A stretch of DNA of 64,000 nt from Camelus dromedarius (Eukaryota), in contig NC_087447.1 in NCBI RefSeq assembly GCF_036321535.1, positions 33,730,001 to 33,794,000 on the forward strand, given 5' to 3'. Under the pieces are notes generated by a model. It saw nothing but the letters and a program-made list of their open reading frames with translations. It was not told where the DNA came from and made no database searches. The stretch's first letter is position 1, and each line of letters starts with the position of its first letter. Shown here piece by piece: positions 26,786 through 40,039 of the stretch. Both the position numbers and the translations under genes were made by a program.

Positions 26786-28949
26786 AAAAGGGATAGAGAA
26801 AAGACAGTGAAAACATAGCAAACCAAATCAATGTATCCCAACTACTGAAAAATTTACACAAAACAAGTAACCTATTGACAGCAGGCCAAGAAAGTCATTC
26901 ATAAGAACAGATAAACATTTACTGTAACTAACTGCAGCTAAAATTTTCATTTCACCTAAATAAATAATGATGTCAGAGTCCTGCCATCTAAATTTGATCA
27001 ATTTGGAGAATCTATTATAATGATAGTATGAAAGATCTATGTCCAAAGGGAGGAAAAACTAAGAGGACAATTATCTTCATCAAGGCCTTTAAATCAGTTT
27101 CAAAATAACTGTAAGTCATGGCTTCTTTAACTTATCCCTTGAAATACTTCTAATAGCTAAAGAGAATGAATTGGAATTCCCAAGGAATTAGGGAGCACCC
27201 TACTAAAATCAGGTCTGCAAGGGCTCAAAAAGGTATTAAGGCAGATATTTTACCTTAAAAATCTGTGAGAATTATGTATTCCACTCAATTAAAATATTAA
27301 TAATGTTCCCCTTAAATCTTCACACTTATTTAACTTGTTATTTCTCAAACAATACGATTGGAGGTTCTCTAAATCCAGGCTATGGAGCACTGGAGCAGGT
27401 ATTACTTATTACAAATTGGTGGCATTTATGTGATTATTCAGGGCTTATGAATCAAATATCTGTCTAAGGAGAATTCTAAAGTAGAACCACTTCACACTGA
27501 TTATACAATAATTATGACTGAGCCAACTCAGTTATGAGAAACAGTCTGAGTTTGTAATAAATGTCCATTTGTCTGCAAATGCAAACTGTTAAATTTTAGA
27601 AGCTTACTTTCATTTCCAGGTAGAAGTAAACAGTATTACTGGAAAAAAAAACCTTTTTTAACTCCTATACAATTTTAGAGTTTGAAATAAAAATTAACAA
27701 TATTTCATGTTCTCCAACTAGCATACTGAAATATTTTTGTAAGGATAGTTGATTCATACCCCAGAATAACTTATGCCCTTTATTTTCATAATTAGTATAA
27801 TTTACAACTTACTAAACAAAATAATTTTTTTAAAAAAGTGATTCATATAGGACTTAAGCACAACCAGAATGCAATATGGCAAAGGGAATTATGGACAGCC
27901 AAAAAGCAAATAAACCCAAAGTATCAATCACATATGATGCACTGAGTCTCTTGGCAAATGAAACTTCCAGAAATTTGATAAAAAAGATTTAAAACATCTA
28001 AAATATATTTCAAAAGCAAAAAATTACCCATAACACATAACTGTTTCAATATAAACAACTTTCCTTAAAGGACTAAATATTTTCACTTGGATTTGGTTTC
28101 AAGCACAGGAAAATAAATAGCATATATTGAACTACATATTACTACATTAAAAAAAATATACTTACACTATAAAACAGCCTGAGACCCACTTAAGATTTTG
28201 TCAAAGGGTTATTAAATTTTTCTTATAGATACCAAGATCTCACTATTACGAAAGTCTCCCCTCTAGAGTAAGAAATAAAATGGCTGCGGAGTGTGATCTG
28301 AATTTTAATTTAAACAAATACTAAGATTAAATAAAGGAGAGGTTGGGGAGTGGTTCAGAGTGCAGGTAAGAACAAATGTAAAGGGATTTTAAAGCTGAAA
28401 TAATTATACATAAGAGGCCTATTATTAATTACATTTAAATTTTCTTTATTTTCATTTTATTCTTAATTCAGACGTCAGCACATTTATAAAAAAATTCTTA
28501 TAAACCACAATTTACCTTTCATTGTTCAAGTCCTGTACCTATCTCCCTGTTCATATTTATAGTACTCAATTTCCTATTAAATGTGTATTTTATACTTTGT
28601 TTAAAATGCTTGGGTATTACCAGTATTGCCTAAATGTTCACAGCACAGCAAACAGAATTTTTCTTGAAACATACACATAATCCGCATGAGTCAGCTGATT
28701 TTCATACTTCCTTGCACTCATTTTAGGCAGAGTCAATTAGTAAATGCTAACCATGGAAACAGAGGGTTTTCAACTTTTAAAAGGGCTCGTAAGCCAAGGG
28801 AGAAGCCCTAAGAATATTCTTCCCCCAAGTATTAATATTCTTTACTTCAAGTATATTATCATTTTCAGCTTTCATTTATTAAATAATCTAGTCAAGCAGC
28901 TCATTCACTGGTTAGTGCTTAAAAGTTTGCACAACTTTCAAAACTTCAT

Positions 28950-29200
28950 GGTTAGTTACTGAGATCTCATTATGTGCCAGAAAGTTCTAAGACATTTACA
29001 TGTATTAATTTATTTAATCCTCACAAAAACCCTATGAAGTAGGTTCTATAGTTATCTTCATTTTATAGATAAGGAAACTGAGGCACAGAGAGGTTCAGTA
29101 ACATGTCCACGGTAACAAACCTAGGCACGGCAAAACATGGCCAAGAACTCAGATGGTCTGATTCCAGGGCAATGTTCTTAACCCCGTTACATGCTATGTT
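28950..29200 (-). mobile_element. MIR SINE (near full length)
   Basis: tatgtgccag...tttaatcctcacaaaaaccctatgaagtagg...cattttatagataaggaaactgaggcacagagagg (MIR core). Confidence 0.88.
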
Positions 29201-31229
29201 CCTACCTTCCTGTAAGATCACGTCTGTGGCCAGTGAATTTCTACCTGGGAAAGTTCTATTATGATGCACATTCCCTCATCATTTACTAATGCTGATCCCT
29301 GTGATAGAATCTGACCATATACAGGTAAATCCTGGTTCCCAGTTTTAGAGATGAAAAAAGGGTACATTTAATTCTAATACACTGTAAAAATCTGTAATAG
29401 AAGCTTTAGACTAAAGTGCAAAAGAGAGGGAAGAGAGACACTGTATATGTGATCAAGGGGAGAAAGGGAAAGCTTCACAGAGGAGGTAACGTCTGAGAGG
29501 AGTCTTACAGAACTACCAGCAGTTCCCAGACAGGGAAGGTAAATCACATTAAGAGAAACAAGGCAATTCGCTAACACCCATTTTGCTGTCACTGATTTTC
29601 AGTATCTTCCATTAAAGGGCCAACTATTTCTGCCAAAAATAATGTTAACGATAACATGACTTTAGAAACAGAAATAAAAGATACTAAAAGAACAGTAACT
29701 TTGTCATCAACAGAACATTTTTTACAGTTAATTTTATGTAACACTGTACTTCATTTTTGATTTTTAAACTTTTGCTATTTTTCATTATTATTTTCATTGA
29801 TTGATTTAAAAAATAACAGAAATCCTGCAGTGAAAAGATTTCTCTTTCTCTTGTGTAACAACAAAGAAATAAGAAATGCAAGAAAAAAAATAGCAATGGG
29901 TGGTACAGAGTTGAGTGAAAGTCATGTCTTACATTTCCTTACCTTGAACCACTGGACATATGAGATTATCTTAGAAAATATTTTAAGTAGACAAAACAAT
30001 ACATACTAAACATGTACAATTTTACTTAGCTTAAAATTTCAGAGTAATATATATATAACTCTTGAAAAGTTTTTTAAAAAATTCATAAATTCGAATCATA
30101 AGCATATTTTTTGTCAAAGACAGGAAAGGCAAAAATGTACCTGCACAATAGGAAATTTGTGTTGTTCATTAATCTCCTATACCTTCCTTAACTCGATGAT
30201 TAATTCAGCTTATCTAACTTATTAAACTACTTATATAATTATTATTATAGTATCATTTAAGGCAAGAAAATAGATCAGGAAAAGCCACTTAGGATTCACT
30301 GCCAGACCAAACTAAAAACAACAAAAACATCCACCAGCTGAAAACGTGACCTACAACAGGCTTCATGGCCCAGTTTCTGGACTGTTGGCAAATCAAATCA
30401 CAAGCTGTATTTCTAAGTGATAAAGGCTATAAAATCCTGAAAAGCATTTACCAAAAATAAAGAGTATTCACTGTAAACAAAGGATAATTCATCATTGTGG
30501 GTGTGGGCATGGGAATGCACATGTATTACGCAGACACATTTGTGCTGGTGAAGATGGGAGGAGATTGTTAATTCTTAAATTTTAGGGACAAATTCAAGAT
30601 TATTTACATAAAGAGAAAAATTTAGATCACTTCCATGAAAAGCAATTCTAGATAGAAAAATTACAACAGTAGACTCCAGACAATTTGAATGTATATTATA
30701 AGTGATCATGTCAATGAAACTTAAACTTCACCTAATGTGTCATTTTGCTGATGGTCCTGTTGACAGAAAACAACATGTCCAAATGAGAATCATCTCTGGC
30801 AATTTTACATACAGTGCCGAGATCCTATCTATGTTTTGTAAGGGGGTCATGCTGAAAACATAGATGGAAAACAGCAACACCACATAAGTCAATCTGGCTT
30901 GACTGGCTTGTAGGACAAGAATTAGGAATGCTTACTTTGAACAGTTCATTAGTCAATCAGAAATGAGAAGTCATAAAGAATTGCTCTATTTGGCAAAACA
31001 TAAAAAATGGGAACAGATCCTCATAAGCTTAAATATTAATATCCCATAGAGATCAAACTGTTTCTATTTAACTGATAACAATTTTATCAAACAAATAGAA
31101 GTTTCATTCAATAAAAATGTAAAATTAAAGGCAAGCCTAAATTGTGAAATTCATAAATCTAAGAGGCAAGTGATAGTTTATTAAATGACATGCCAACAGC
31201 AATGATGTGGCTTTTAAAATTACATTCTT

Positions 31230-31524
31230 TAAACAACATTTGATTCCATTTATATAAAGTTCAAAAATAGGCAAAATTAATCTACAGTGTTATTAAGCCA
31301 AGATTAGTAGTTTCCTTTGGGTAGCTGACAGTAGAGATGTACAAGAGAGCTTCTGGGGGGATGTTAATTTTCAGGTTCATGATCTGGGTGCTAAGTAAGT
31401 GGGAAATTCATTTTGTGAAATTCAATTTAGCTGTACATGTATTATTTGCACATTTTTCTCTTATATATGTTATACTTCAATAAAAATTTATAAAAATAAA
31501 AATTAAAAAAATTAGAATAAAAAA
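31230..31524 (+). mobile_element. L1ME-like 3' end
   Basis: gattccatttatataaagttcaaaaataggcaaaattaatc...tgttatacttcaataaaaa; perfect 15-bp flank TAAAATTACATTCTT at 31215-31229 and 31525-31539. Confidence 0.75.
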
Positions 31525-32369
31525 TAAAATTACATTCTTATCTAAGAGCATCTTCTAAAATAAAGGCAAAGTTCATAAATAGCTGTAAACAAAAAACTTA
31601 CAATATATTTTAAAAACTTTAAATGTTGGTTCATGAAAATGTGGCTTTCAAAAAAATTTAGAATAGTCAGTTATTTGCCACCTGCCATTGTGTAAGCCAA
31701 AGTAGGAATGTCTGAAAAAATGCTGGATATATTTTAGGAAGCATACCTGCTTCTTGTTAATCATGTAGATAGAATTTTCCAGTTTCTCAGTTCAGAAATT
31801 CTAGTAGAAGTATCACAGTTAGGAGGAGACTTACAGGATTCAGAAGAGACTATAAATGATACTGCCAAGGCACAAAGATGACTCAAAATTTCTCACCACA
31901 AACCTACTCAAAAAGGCTTAAGTGCAAATTTCATTAGAGAAATAAGGCCATCCAGAGTTGACAGCTTTAGAGTAACTGCCATAAATTACAGTGTCTAATG
32001 CTCCACCTAACACATTTAACACAATCTGCTAGACTCCAACTCCACTGTTTACAAGGAAATGCAGACAGTAAGATAAGAAAACTCTAAGTTATACCCTTGT
32101 GAAGAGGAAGAAATAGAGTTCTTAGTTACCACTTTCTGGACATTTCCCATACTAACGGGTTTCTGAAAGCATCTTGGTTCCAAACAACTGGCTCCTTTCA
32201 TCTTAGGTTCCAGGGACTCAGTATTGTCTGTGTGACACTGTTTTCCTGATAAAGGCAGAGATCATGCCTGACCAATCCTCCAAAACGAAAGGTACCCTTC
32301 ACATCAATTAGAGTCTAACTAGAAGAGCTAGAGAAACAAAAGGAAGAAGCACTCTAAAAGAGCCCAGGG

Positions 32370-32675
32370 CCAGGGCTGCATAGTGGATGCTGGAATTACA
32401 ACAGGTTTGTTAAGTGGGAATTGGAACCACAAAAGAAACACCTTCTGCCAGCAATATCGCTGGAGGCAAAAGAGAGTAAAGAAACGTCCTGGCCTCTCCC
32501 TTCCCTGAGTCTCCCATCAGTGTTTCCCATTAGATTCCCAAAAGCCAATAGAAGCCGGCAGTCACTGGAGCCTAGGAAAAGCCCCCGCAGAGTTAGCCCT
32601 CTTCCATCAGAACAGAAGAAAGCAGGAGAAGGGTGTAAAGAGGATCTGAGGGCAAACAAACCCAAGGCCGTAACA
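32370..32675. mobile_element. ERVL-type LTR fragment (LTR40/41-like)
   Basis: GC-richer island with ctcccatcagtgtttcccatt...gccaatagaagcc...gcaggagaagggtg...ggatctgagggcaaac. Confidence 0.45.
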
Positions 32676-34120
32676 CCCTTCACTAAAGTTCACATCATAA
32701 TTGTGACAATCTCACAAATTCGTCAATCCAGCTAAGTTTTTACTTGTTATTACATTAACTGCTTCTAATTTCAATTGTATATGAATACTCCTAGATTGTC
32801 TTTCAAATTTTGAATGAAAATTACTACAACATCAATATCTAGAAGGTTAATTCTGCTAGGCAGGGCAAGAACTATCCAGCTAGTTATAATCAGATGTGTA
32901 AAAATGTTCAACTGAGGCGGCAAGAAGTCTGTCTTTCAGTCTGCTTTATAGTGTAATTTGGGGTAGTTTAAAAGATGCATTTTCCAAGAAAAATGAAATG
33001 GTCCTTAGAGAGATGAGGATTATGTCAGTCAATATTTGATATAAACTACTTATTTGTTACCAAGCAGATGCCTCAAATGTGCTTTCTCCAAAGCATCTTT
33101 TTGTAGTCTTTAAAGAGATGCTGAATTTTTAATTATGCATAACAACTCATTCCTTCTCATTCACTTTATAAGGGAAATCAGAATGTTGATACAAATTATT
33201 TGGTATTAAGAAGAATGATGATATTGTGATCAAGAATTGTTAAAAGCAAACCCTATCATGAAAAAAATGAACACACTGTTTCACATGCAAAACAGTAAAT
33301 TCCAACAACAGTGACTGCCACTGGCTCTAAATTAAACCCACTACATTAATTCTGAACATTTCAAAAACTCCCTAAAATCAGGCTATTTTGCTGGAATTAT
33401 TACTTACTATGTTTGTTCAAAATTTATAGATAACTGTAAAGCAAAACTCATTCTTTTCAAGAAGTTTTGATAAATTCATTTAATAAAAATGAATAATAAT
33501 AATTCATCTTTAACAATTAAAAAAAAAACCTACCACTTTCCAGATGATTAAAAAAACTTTGCATGTCTAGAAATACTATATACTTGCCTTAATTGAAGTG
33601 GCATATCAGTAAGTCAAATCAGTTGTCAAATACCATTAATTTTACTTTATAGACATTTTAAAATAAATACTCTGGCCTTGATTTGTGGTTTCAAAAGCAA
33701 AATATAAAGCTATATAATGTAAATTAATTTTATTATTTTAATAATGCCAATAAATTCTACTTTATGTGATAAGGGACACTGATTACATTGGCTAATAGAT
33801 CAGAAAGATAGGTAAACAGTCCTAGTAAGTCCTTAACTAGTCCCTAGAGGCTTTTAGGCAAACATATTTAGGTACCTACAAATCTAGGAAGTAGAAAAAC
33901 AGTAATTCTTTATTATGACTTTAAAAGTAAAAAAGCTAATTTATTCTCTTCTTTAAAAGATTATAAATGGCCAGTAAATAAGTGCCATTTCAAAATTAAC
34001 TACCATAAAAAGATGGTAGCTGTTTTTAAAGTAAAGCCATCATTCTGCCATTTATCAAATATAATTAAAAGCAGAAAACCCACCACTTTATTCATTGCTT
34101 TTTTTAAATTAATAAAATTA

Positions 34121-34261
<141 letters not shown>

Positions 34262-36644
34262 TTAAATTAGTATGTTAAATAGATTCTGAAAACTAGTCAA
34301 ATTATGTAATTTCTTGGCAACTGTTCATATTATTTTATGGAACCCAAAAGTACATTTATTCAAAGCTTGTTTATCCCCTGGACACTATACTTGCTTTCTG
34401 GTCACTTTATGAACCCCCAAGAATGTTTCCGGTTATTATGACAATACAACTGAACCAGTATCTAAACTTTAGCATGAAAAGAAACCCAATTCTATTAAGA
34501 ATGCACGTCAATAAAGTTAATGGGTCTTTTTTCTTTTTTTTTAAGGGAGAGGTGGAGACAGATCAGACAAAGAAAGTGTATTTTAAAGGGAAGTGGTGCA
34601 TCATAGTGCAAAGAGAATTAGAGCCAGGAGCTCTTACTCTGAATTCCAGGTCCTCTAACACTTGTCTCCTAAATGATCATCATGAAATAAAATAATCTCA
34701 CTGAGCTTGTGTGCACATGTGTGCGCATGTGTAAAAAAAGAAAGATACCTTTCCTGACTACTTCACAGTCTATTATGAGGATAAAATATTTGTAAAACCT
34801 ATGTACACATCCTCAAGAACTATATAATGGCATTATCATGAATAACAAAATACTGTATGCTGTATAAAACTTCAAATTCTACTCCAATCATAAGTTATTT
34901 AACCTTGTTCAATGGCATTCATTAGGTATTTTTACATCCTTGCATCACAAGATTAGCACCTATTTTTCACCACCTCCTTTTGCAATTTCAAATAAGTAAT
35001 AGAGTGAAAGAGATAATCTGAAAAAGCTAAAAGCAAGTTAGTAAGGTTATTTAGTTAAATAAATAAATTCTTAATCTTCAAAGGATATACATCTGAATTA
35101 TAAAGGATTTTTTTCTGCCAACAAAGGACTCCCCTCCTCCCAAACTTCACGAGGTATATACGTAATACTAAGCGCATTTTAAGGGTAAATTTTGTTGGAC
35201 TTTAAAAAATACATACTTGGGTGACTACTATCATCATCTGTTTATAGAACATTTCCAACTTCTCAAAAAGATTCATTAATGCTCCTTCCCAGAAAAATTT
35301 CCTATCCACAGGCAACCACAGGCAACCACTGAATTTCTTTCTTTTACTACATATTCAGATTTGTATTTTGCAGTTCTATATAAATGAAACCATACTGAAT
35401 GTACCCTTCTGTGTCTGGTTCCTTTCGATGAGCATACTTTAAAAATTCATGCATTTTTTTCTGTATATCAGTAATTCCATTCCTAGTTATTGTTGAGTAG
35501 AATTCCACTGCATGCATAAAAACACTTCTGTTTATCCACACACTTGTGGATGGAATTCTGGATTGTTTCCAGGTTTGGACTATAATGAATAAAGCTGCTG
35601 TAAACATTTGTGTACAAGAACTGCTCTATCAAATGGAAGTGACAGAACTTTTTAAGAGACTGCCCATTTGTTTTGCAAAATGCATACACAATTTTTACAC
35701 TCCCACCAGAAATTTATGAGCATTGCTATTGCTTTGCATCCTTGTCAACTTAGTATTGTTGATCTTTTAAATTTTAACTACATAAGATGTCATTATGGTT
35801 AAAAATTGCATTTTCTTAATGACCATTTTTTCCATACACTTATTGGTCATATTCCCCAATTATCTTTTGTTCAAATTTTTTGCCCAATTGAAAAATTGGG
35901 TCAGCTGTATTCTTACTACTGAATTTTAAGAGTTCACTATATATTCTGAATAAAAACCCTGTCAGATTTACATAGAGTGACTATTTTCTACAATCCTGTG
36001 GCTTTTTTCAATTTTTTAAATGGTATGTTTTGAAGAGCCAAAGTTTTTAATTTTGATAAAGATCAACTTATCATTTTTTTCTTTTGTGGTTCATGTTTTT
36101 GGTAACATATCTAAGAAATCTTTCACTACATCAAATATTTCCACCAGTGTTTTCCTCTAAATATTTTTAATTTCCATATTGAGTTAATTTTCCCATATAG
36201 CATGATAATCATTTTTTCCCACATATAATGCCTATTGCTATGATGTTGAAAAGACTTTGTTTAAAAAAAAAAACCTATCACTAATCTGTGGAATTACTTC
36301 AGAATCTTTGTCAAAGATCAATTAAGCATGTATGTGTGGGCTTATATGTGGAATTTCCTTTCTGCCCAAGATTTAAATGCCTATCCATATGCCAATACAA
36401 CACTTTCTTGATTTTTATAGCTTTAAATTAAGTCATGAAGTCTGACAATGTATGCCCTTCAATTTTACTCTTCTATTTTGGACATTCTAGGTCACTTGTG
36501 TTTCCACGTGAATTTTAGGATCAGCTCTTGGTGATGTTCTGCATTGTTCAATGTGTATGTCTTAAACATATTTTGTGAAATTTATCCCTAAATGCTTGAT
36601 GATTTTGGTTGTATTCTAATGATATATATATCATATATATATTT

Positions 36645-37104
36645 AATCAATTTATTTTTTATTAGAGTATAGTTGATTTACAATATTGTGTTAATTTTTG
36701 GTGTACATCACAGTGGTTCAGTTATGCATATATACATATTCCTTTCCATCACAGGTTATTATAAGACACTGAATATAGTTCCCTGTGCTATATATAGTAG
36801 GTCCTTACTGTTTACCTATTTTACATAATAGTAGTCTGTATCTGCTAATTCCAAACTCCAAATTTATGCCCCCCGCCTCCTTTCCCCTTTGGTAACCATA
36901 GTTTGTTTTCTATGTCTGTGAGTCTTTTTCTGGCTTGTAAACAAGTTCATTTGTTTACCTTTTTCTCTTTTTAGATTCCACATATAAGTGATAACATGAT
37001 ATTTGTCTTCCTCTGTTTGACTTACTTCACTTAGCATGATAATCTCTAGGTCCATCCATGTTGTGGCAAATGGCATTTTATTCTTTTTATGGCTGACTAG
37101 TATT

Positions 37105-37171
<67 letters not shown>

Positions 37172-37310
37172 AAATACACACACCATATCTTCTTTGTCCA
37201 GTCATCTGTTGATGGACATTTAGGTTGCTTCCATTTCTTGGCTATTGTAATTAGTGCTATGAACACTGGGATGCATATCTTTTTGAATTAGTTTTCCCTG
37301 GATATATGCT
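36645..37310 (-). mobile_element. Younger L1 3' end nested in the old L1
   Basis: ORF 36864..37205 contains MPFATTWMDLEIIMLSEVSQTEEDKYH; 3' UTR similar to the 23815-24778 copy; T-rich tail near 36650. Confidence 0.85.
37107..37168 (+). repeat. (TG)31 microsatellite
   Basis: Perfect dinucleotide run read directly. Confidence 0.97.
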
Positions 37311-37965
37311 GTAATGGCATATATTTTTTAAGTTTCAATTTCTAGTTGTTTGTGGCTACTAATAGAAGCATAAATGATTTTCATATTTTGACCCTGAATC
37401 CCATTGACTGTGATAAAGGTTTTAGTTTTAGCACAGTTTTAGTGGCTATTTTATAGATTTCTGAGGATTTTACATAAACAGGATCATGTAATCTGGGAGT
37501 AATGACAGTTTTACTTCTTCCTTCAAATCTGTCTTCTATTTCCTTTTCTTGGTTTATTGTACTTGTTAGATTCCCACAAGACAATGCTGAAGAGAACTGG
37601 TGAGAGTGGACATCCCTTGTTTTGTTCCCAGTTATTGGGGGAAAGCATTAATTAATTATTATTGAAGATGATACCACCTATAGGATTTTTATAAATACAC
37701 TTTACCAAGTAAGAAAGTTCCCTTCTTTGCTAGTTTGATGAGAGCTTTCCTTATGAATGAGTTTTAAATTTTAAATAAATAAATTTTTCTGCATCTATTA
37801 AGTTTATATATAATTCATGTATTTTTTTCTTTTTTATTCTGCTGACACAGTGAATTATATTGACTTTCAAATCTTAAACCTATCTTGCCTTCCCAAGATA
37901 AAGCTCACTTGGTCATAGTTTATTATCCTTTTTATACATACTGCTAGATTCAATTTGCTGATGTT

Positions 37966-38003
37966 TTGGAAGGCAGCTATGCTCACCACTGTACCACTAA
38001 CGC
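37966..38003 (-). pseudogene. Tailless retropseudogene of the 5' half of tRNA-Gly(TCC)
   Basis: Reverse complement GCGTTAGTGGTACAGTGGTGAGCATAGCTGCCTTCCAA matches the first 38 nt of mammalian tRNA-Gly-TCC as I recall it (2 mismatches) and ends just after the anticodon. Flanked by a 19-bp direct repeat (37950-37968 / 38009-38027, 17/19 identical). Confidence 0.85.
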
Positions 38004-39245
38004 TTTCCTCAATTCGGTGATGTTTTGTTAAACATGCTTCCATCTCTGCTCACAGTGGACACTGGTCCGTAGTTTACTTTTCTTTGAATATATTCATTTG
38101 GCCTTAGTACCACTATAATGCTATATAGCCTTTTATAAAATGTGTTATGAAGGATTCTGTCCATTTTATTTTCTTAAAAAGTACAGTATTACTTCTTCAT
38201 TAAATGTTGGGAGAAATTCATTATTTGAGCCTGGAGTTTAATTTGTGGGAAAGATTATAATTACCAACTCATTTTCTTCACTAGACCTAGGGATATTCAG
38301 ATTTTCTTGTTCTTCTTGAAGCAATTTTGGCAACTTTTATTTCTCAAGGTATTTACCCACTTTACCTAAACTGTCATATTTATGGTACTATCCTTTCATA
38401 ATATTCCTGCATTATTCTTTTTGTCTATAGGATCTATAGTGATGCTCCCCTTCAATCCTGATATCAGTAGTTTGCATTTTCTCTTTTCTTCTTGACAAGT
38501 CTAGAGGTTAATGAATTCTATTTTTTTTTAAATCTATTTTGTTTTCCTTAATTTTCTCTGCGTTTTTTTTTTTTTTTTGGTATTTCATCAATATCTGCTC
38601 TTATCTTTATTTCCTTCGTTCTATTTATTTGTGTATATTTCACTTTTCTTTCTCTACCATCTTAATATGGAAGCTTACAACATGAATTTTAAGCATTTCT
38701 TTTTTTTTTTCCAATATAAGCATTTAAAACTTTAAATATCTTTCTAAGCATGGCTTTAGTGGCACACCACAAATTCTGATACACTGTGCTTTTAAGTTCA
38801 AAATATCTTCAAATTCCTTCCCTTGTGATTTCTTCTTCAACCCATGGATTAATGTGCTGTTTATCAAATATTTTGGGATATCTTTCTGTTGTTGATTTAA
38901 CTTTGGTGTGCCCAGAAGCTTAGTCTGTAAGATGTAAATCCTTTTCAAACTATAGAGGCTTATTACTGCCCTACAATGTAACCCATCTTGATGAATGTTG
39001 CACGTGCACTTAAAAAGAATATGATTCTGCTCTTTTGGGATAGAGTGTTACATAAACATCAACTAGGTCAAGCCGTTAGTGTGTTTAGGTCTTCTATACT
39101 CCTATTCATTTGAAATCTACTCATTCTACCAATTATTTATTGATCTCTCCTAACATGATTATTATTATATATTCTTTATCGTTATTAAAAGCCCTCCTTT
39201 ATTCCTGATAAAGTTTTAAAAACGTTTCCTCATGTAATATCTATA

Positions 39246-39711
39246 CAGGCATGCCTCACAGATATTGCAGTTAAGTTTCAAGGCCACTCCAATAAAATGA
39301 ATCACATGAAATTGTTGGTTTCCCAGGGCATACAAAAGTTGTGTTGTTTACACTATACTGCAGTATATTAAACAGCATGCACAGCATTATGTCTAAAATA
39401 ATGTATATATCTTAATTAAAAAATACTTTATGAGAAAATGTTAACCATCACCTGACCCTTCAGCAAATCTTAGAACTAACATAAAGGATCACTGATTACA
39501 AATCACAACAAATATAATCATGAAAAAGTTTACAATATTGTGAGAATTATCATAAGAACACACAAGTACGAAGTGAACAAGTGCTGTTGGAAAATGGCAC
39601 CAACAGACTTGCTTAACACAGGGTTGCCACAAACACACAATTTATTAAAAATTATCTTATTTTATTAAAAATTACGTTATCTATAAAGAGCAATAAAATG
39701 AGATATGCCTG
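39246..39711 (-). mobile_element. Tigger1 internal-deletion derivative (Tigger1a-like, TcMar), 466 bp
   Basis: Terminal inverted repeats CAGGCATGCCTCA / TGAGATATGCCTG flanked by TA on both sides; internal sequence matches both Tigger1 ends as recalled. Confidence 0.88.
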
Positions 39712-39827
39712 TATAGCCACTCCAACTTCTTAAATTATCTGTGTTATGTAACATATCTTTATTCTTTTATAGTTGGGGTCTTACTTTTTATTCAGTCTGA
39801 CAATCTCCTTTAGTTGGGTCTTCAGAC

Positions 39828-40010
39828 CAAGGATTGAAAAATTATGGCCTGCTAGCCTGTGGCACATATTTGTACAACCCACAGGCTTCAGGGTTGTTAA
39901 GAAAGAAAAAGAAAAGCATCAGCAGCAGAAGTGATGGATATTATAGGTGTCCCACAAAGCTTACAATATTTATTATCTGACCATTTACAGAAAAGGTTTG
40001 CCAATCTTTG
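39828..40010 (+). mobile_element. MER58-like MITE
   Basis: Ends aatatttattatctgaccatttacagaaaaggtttgccaatctttg; 8-bp flanks CTTCAGAC / CTTTAGAA. Confidence 0.65.
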
Positions 40011-40039
40011 CTTTAGAACAGTATAGAACCATAGCTAGC

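Larger units (their letters stand above)
35180..39825 (-). mobile_element. Old degenerate LINE-1 (L1M-type, ORF2 to 3' UTR), same orientation as PRMT3, interrupted by younger inserts
   Basis: Long T-rich stretch with L1 antisense hallmarks (ORF 35347..35607 MFTAALFIIVQTWKQ; gagagtggacatcccttg; tctgcatctatt). Boundaries approximate. Confidence 0.8.

Noticed and set aside
29935..29980. Possible 27-nt in-frame micro-exon (IISYVQWFK) with donor AAG|GTAAGG
   Set aside because: Weak AAG acceptor, and inclusion would interrupt the double-E loop between SEWM and GYFL; no supporting evidence.
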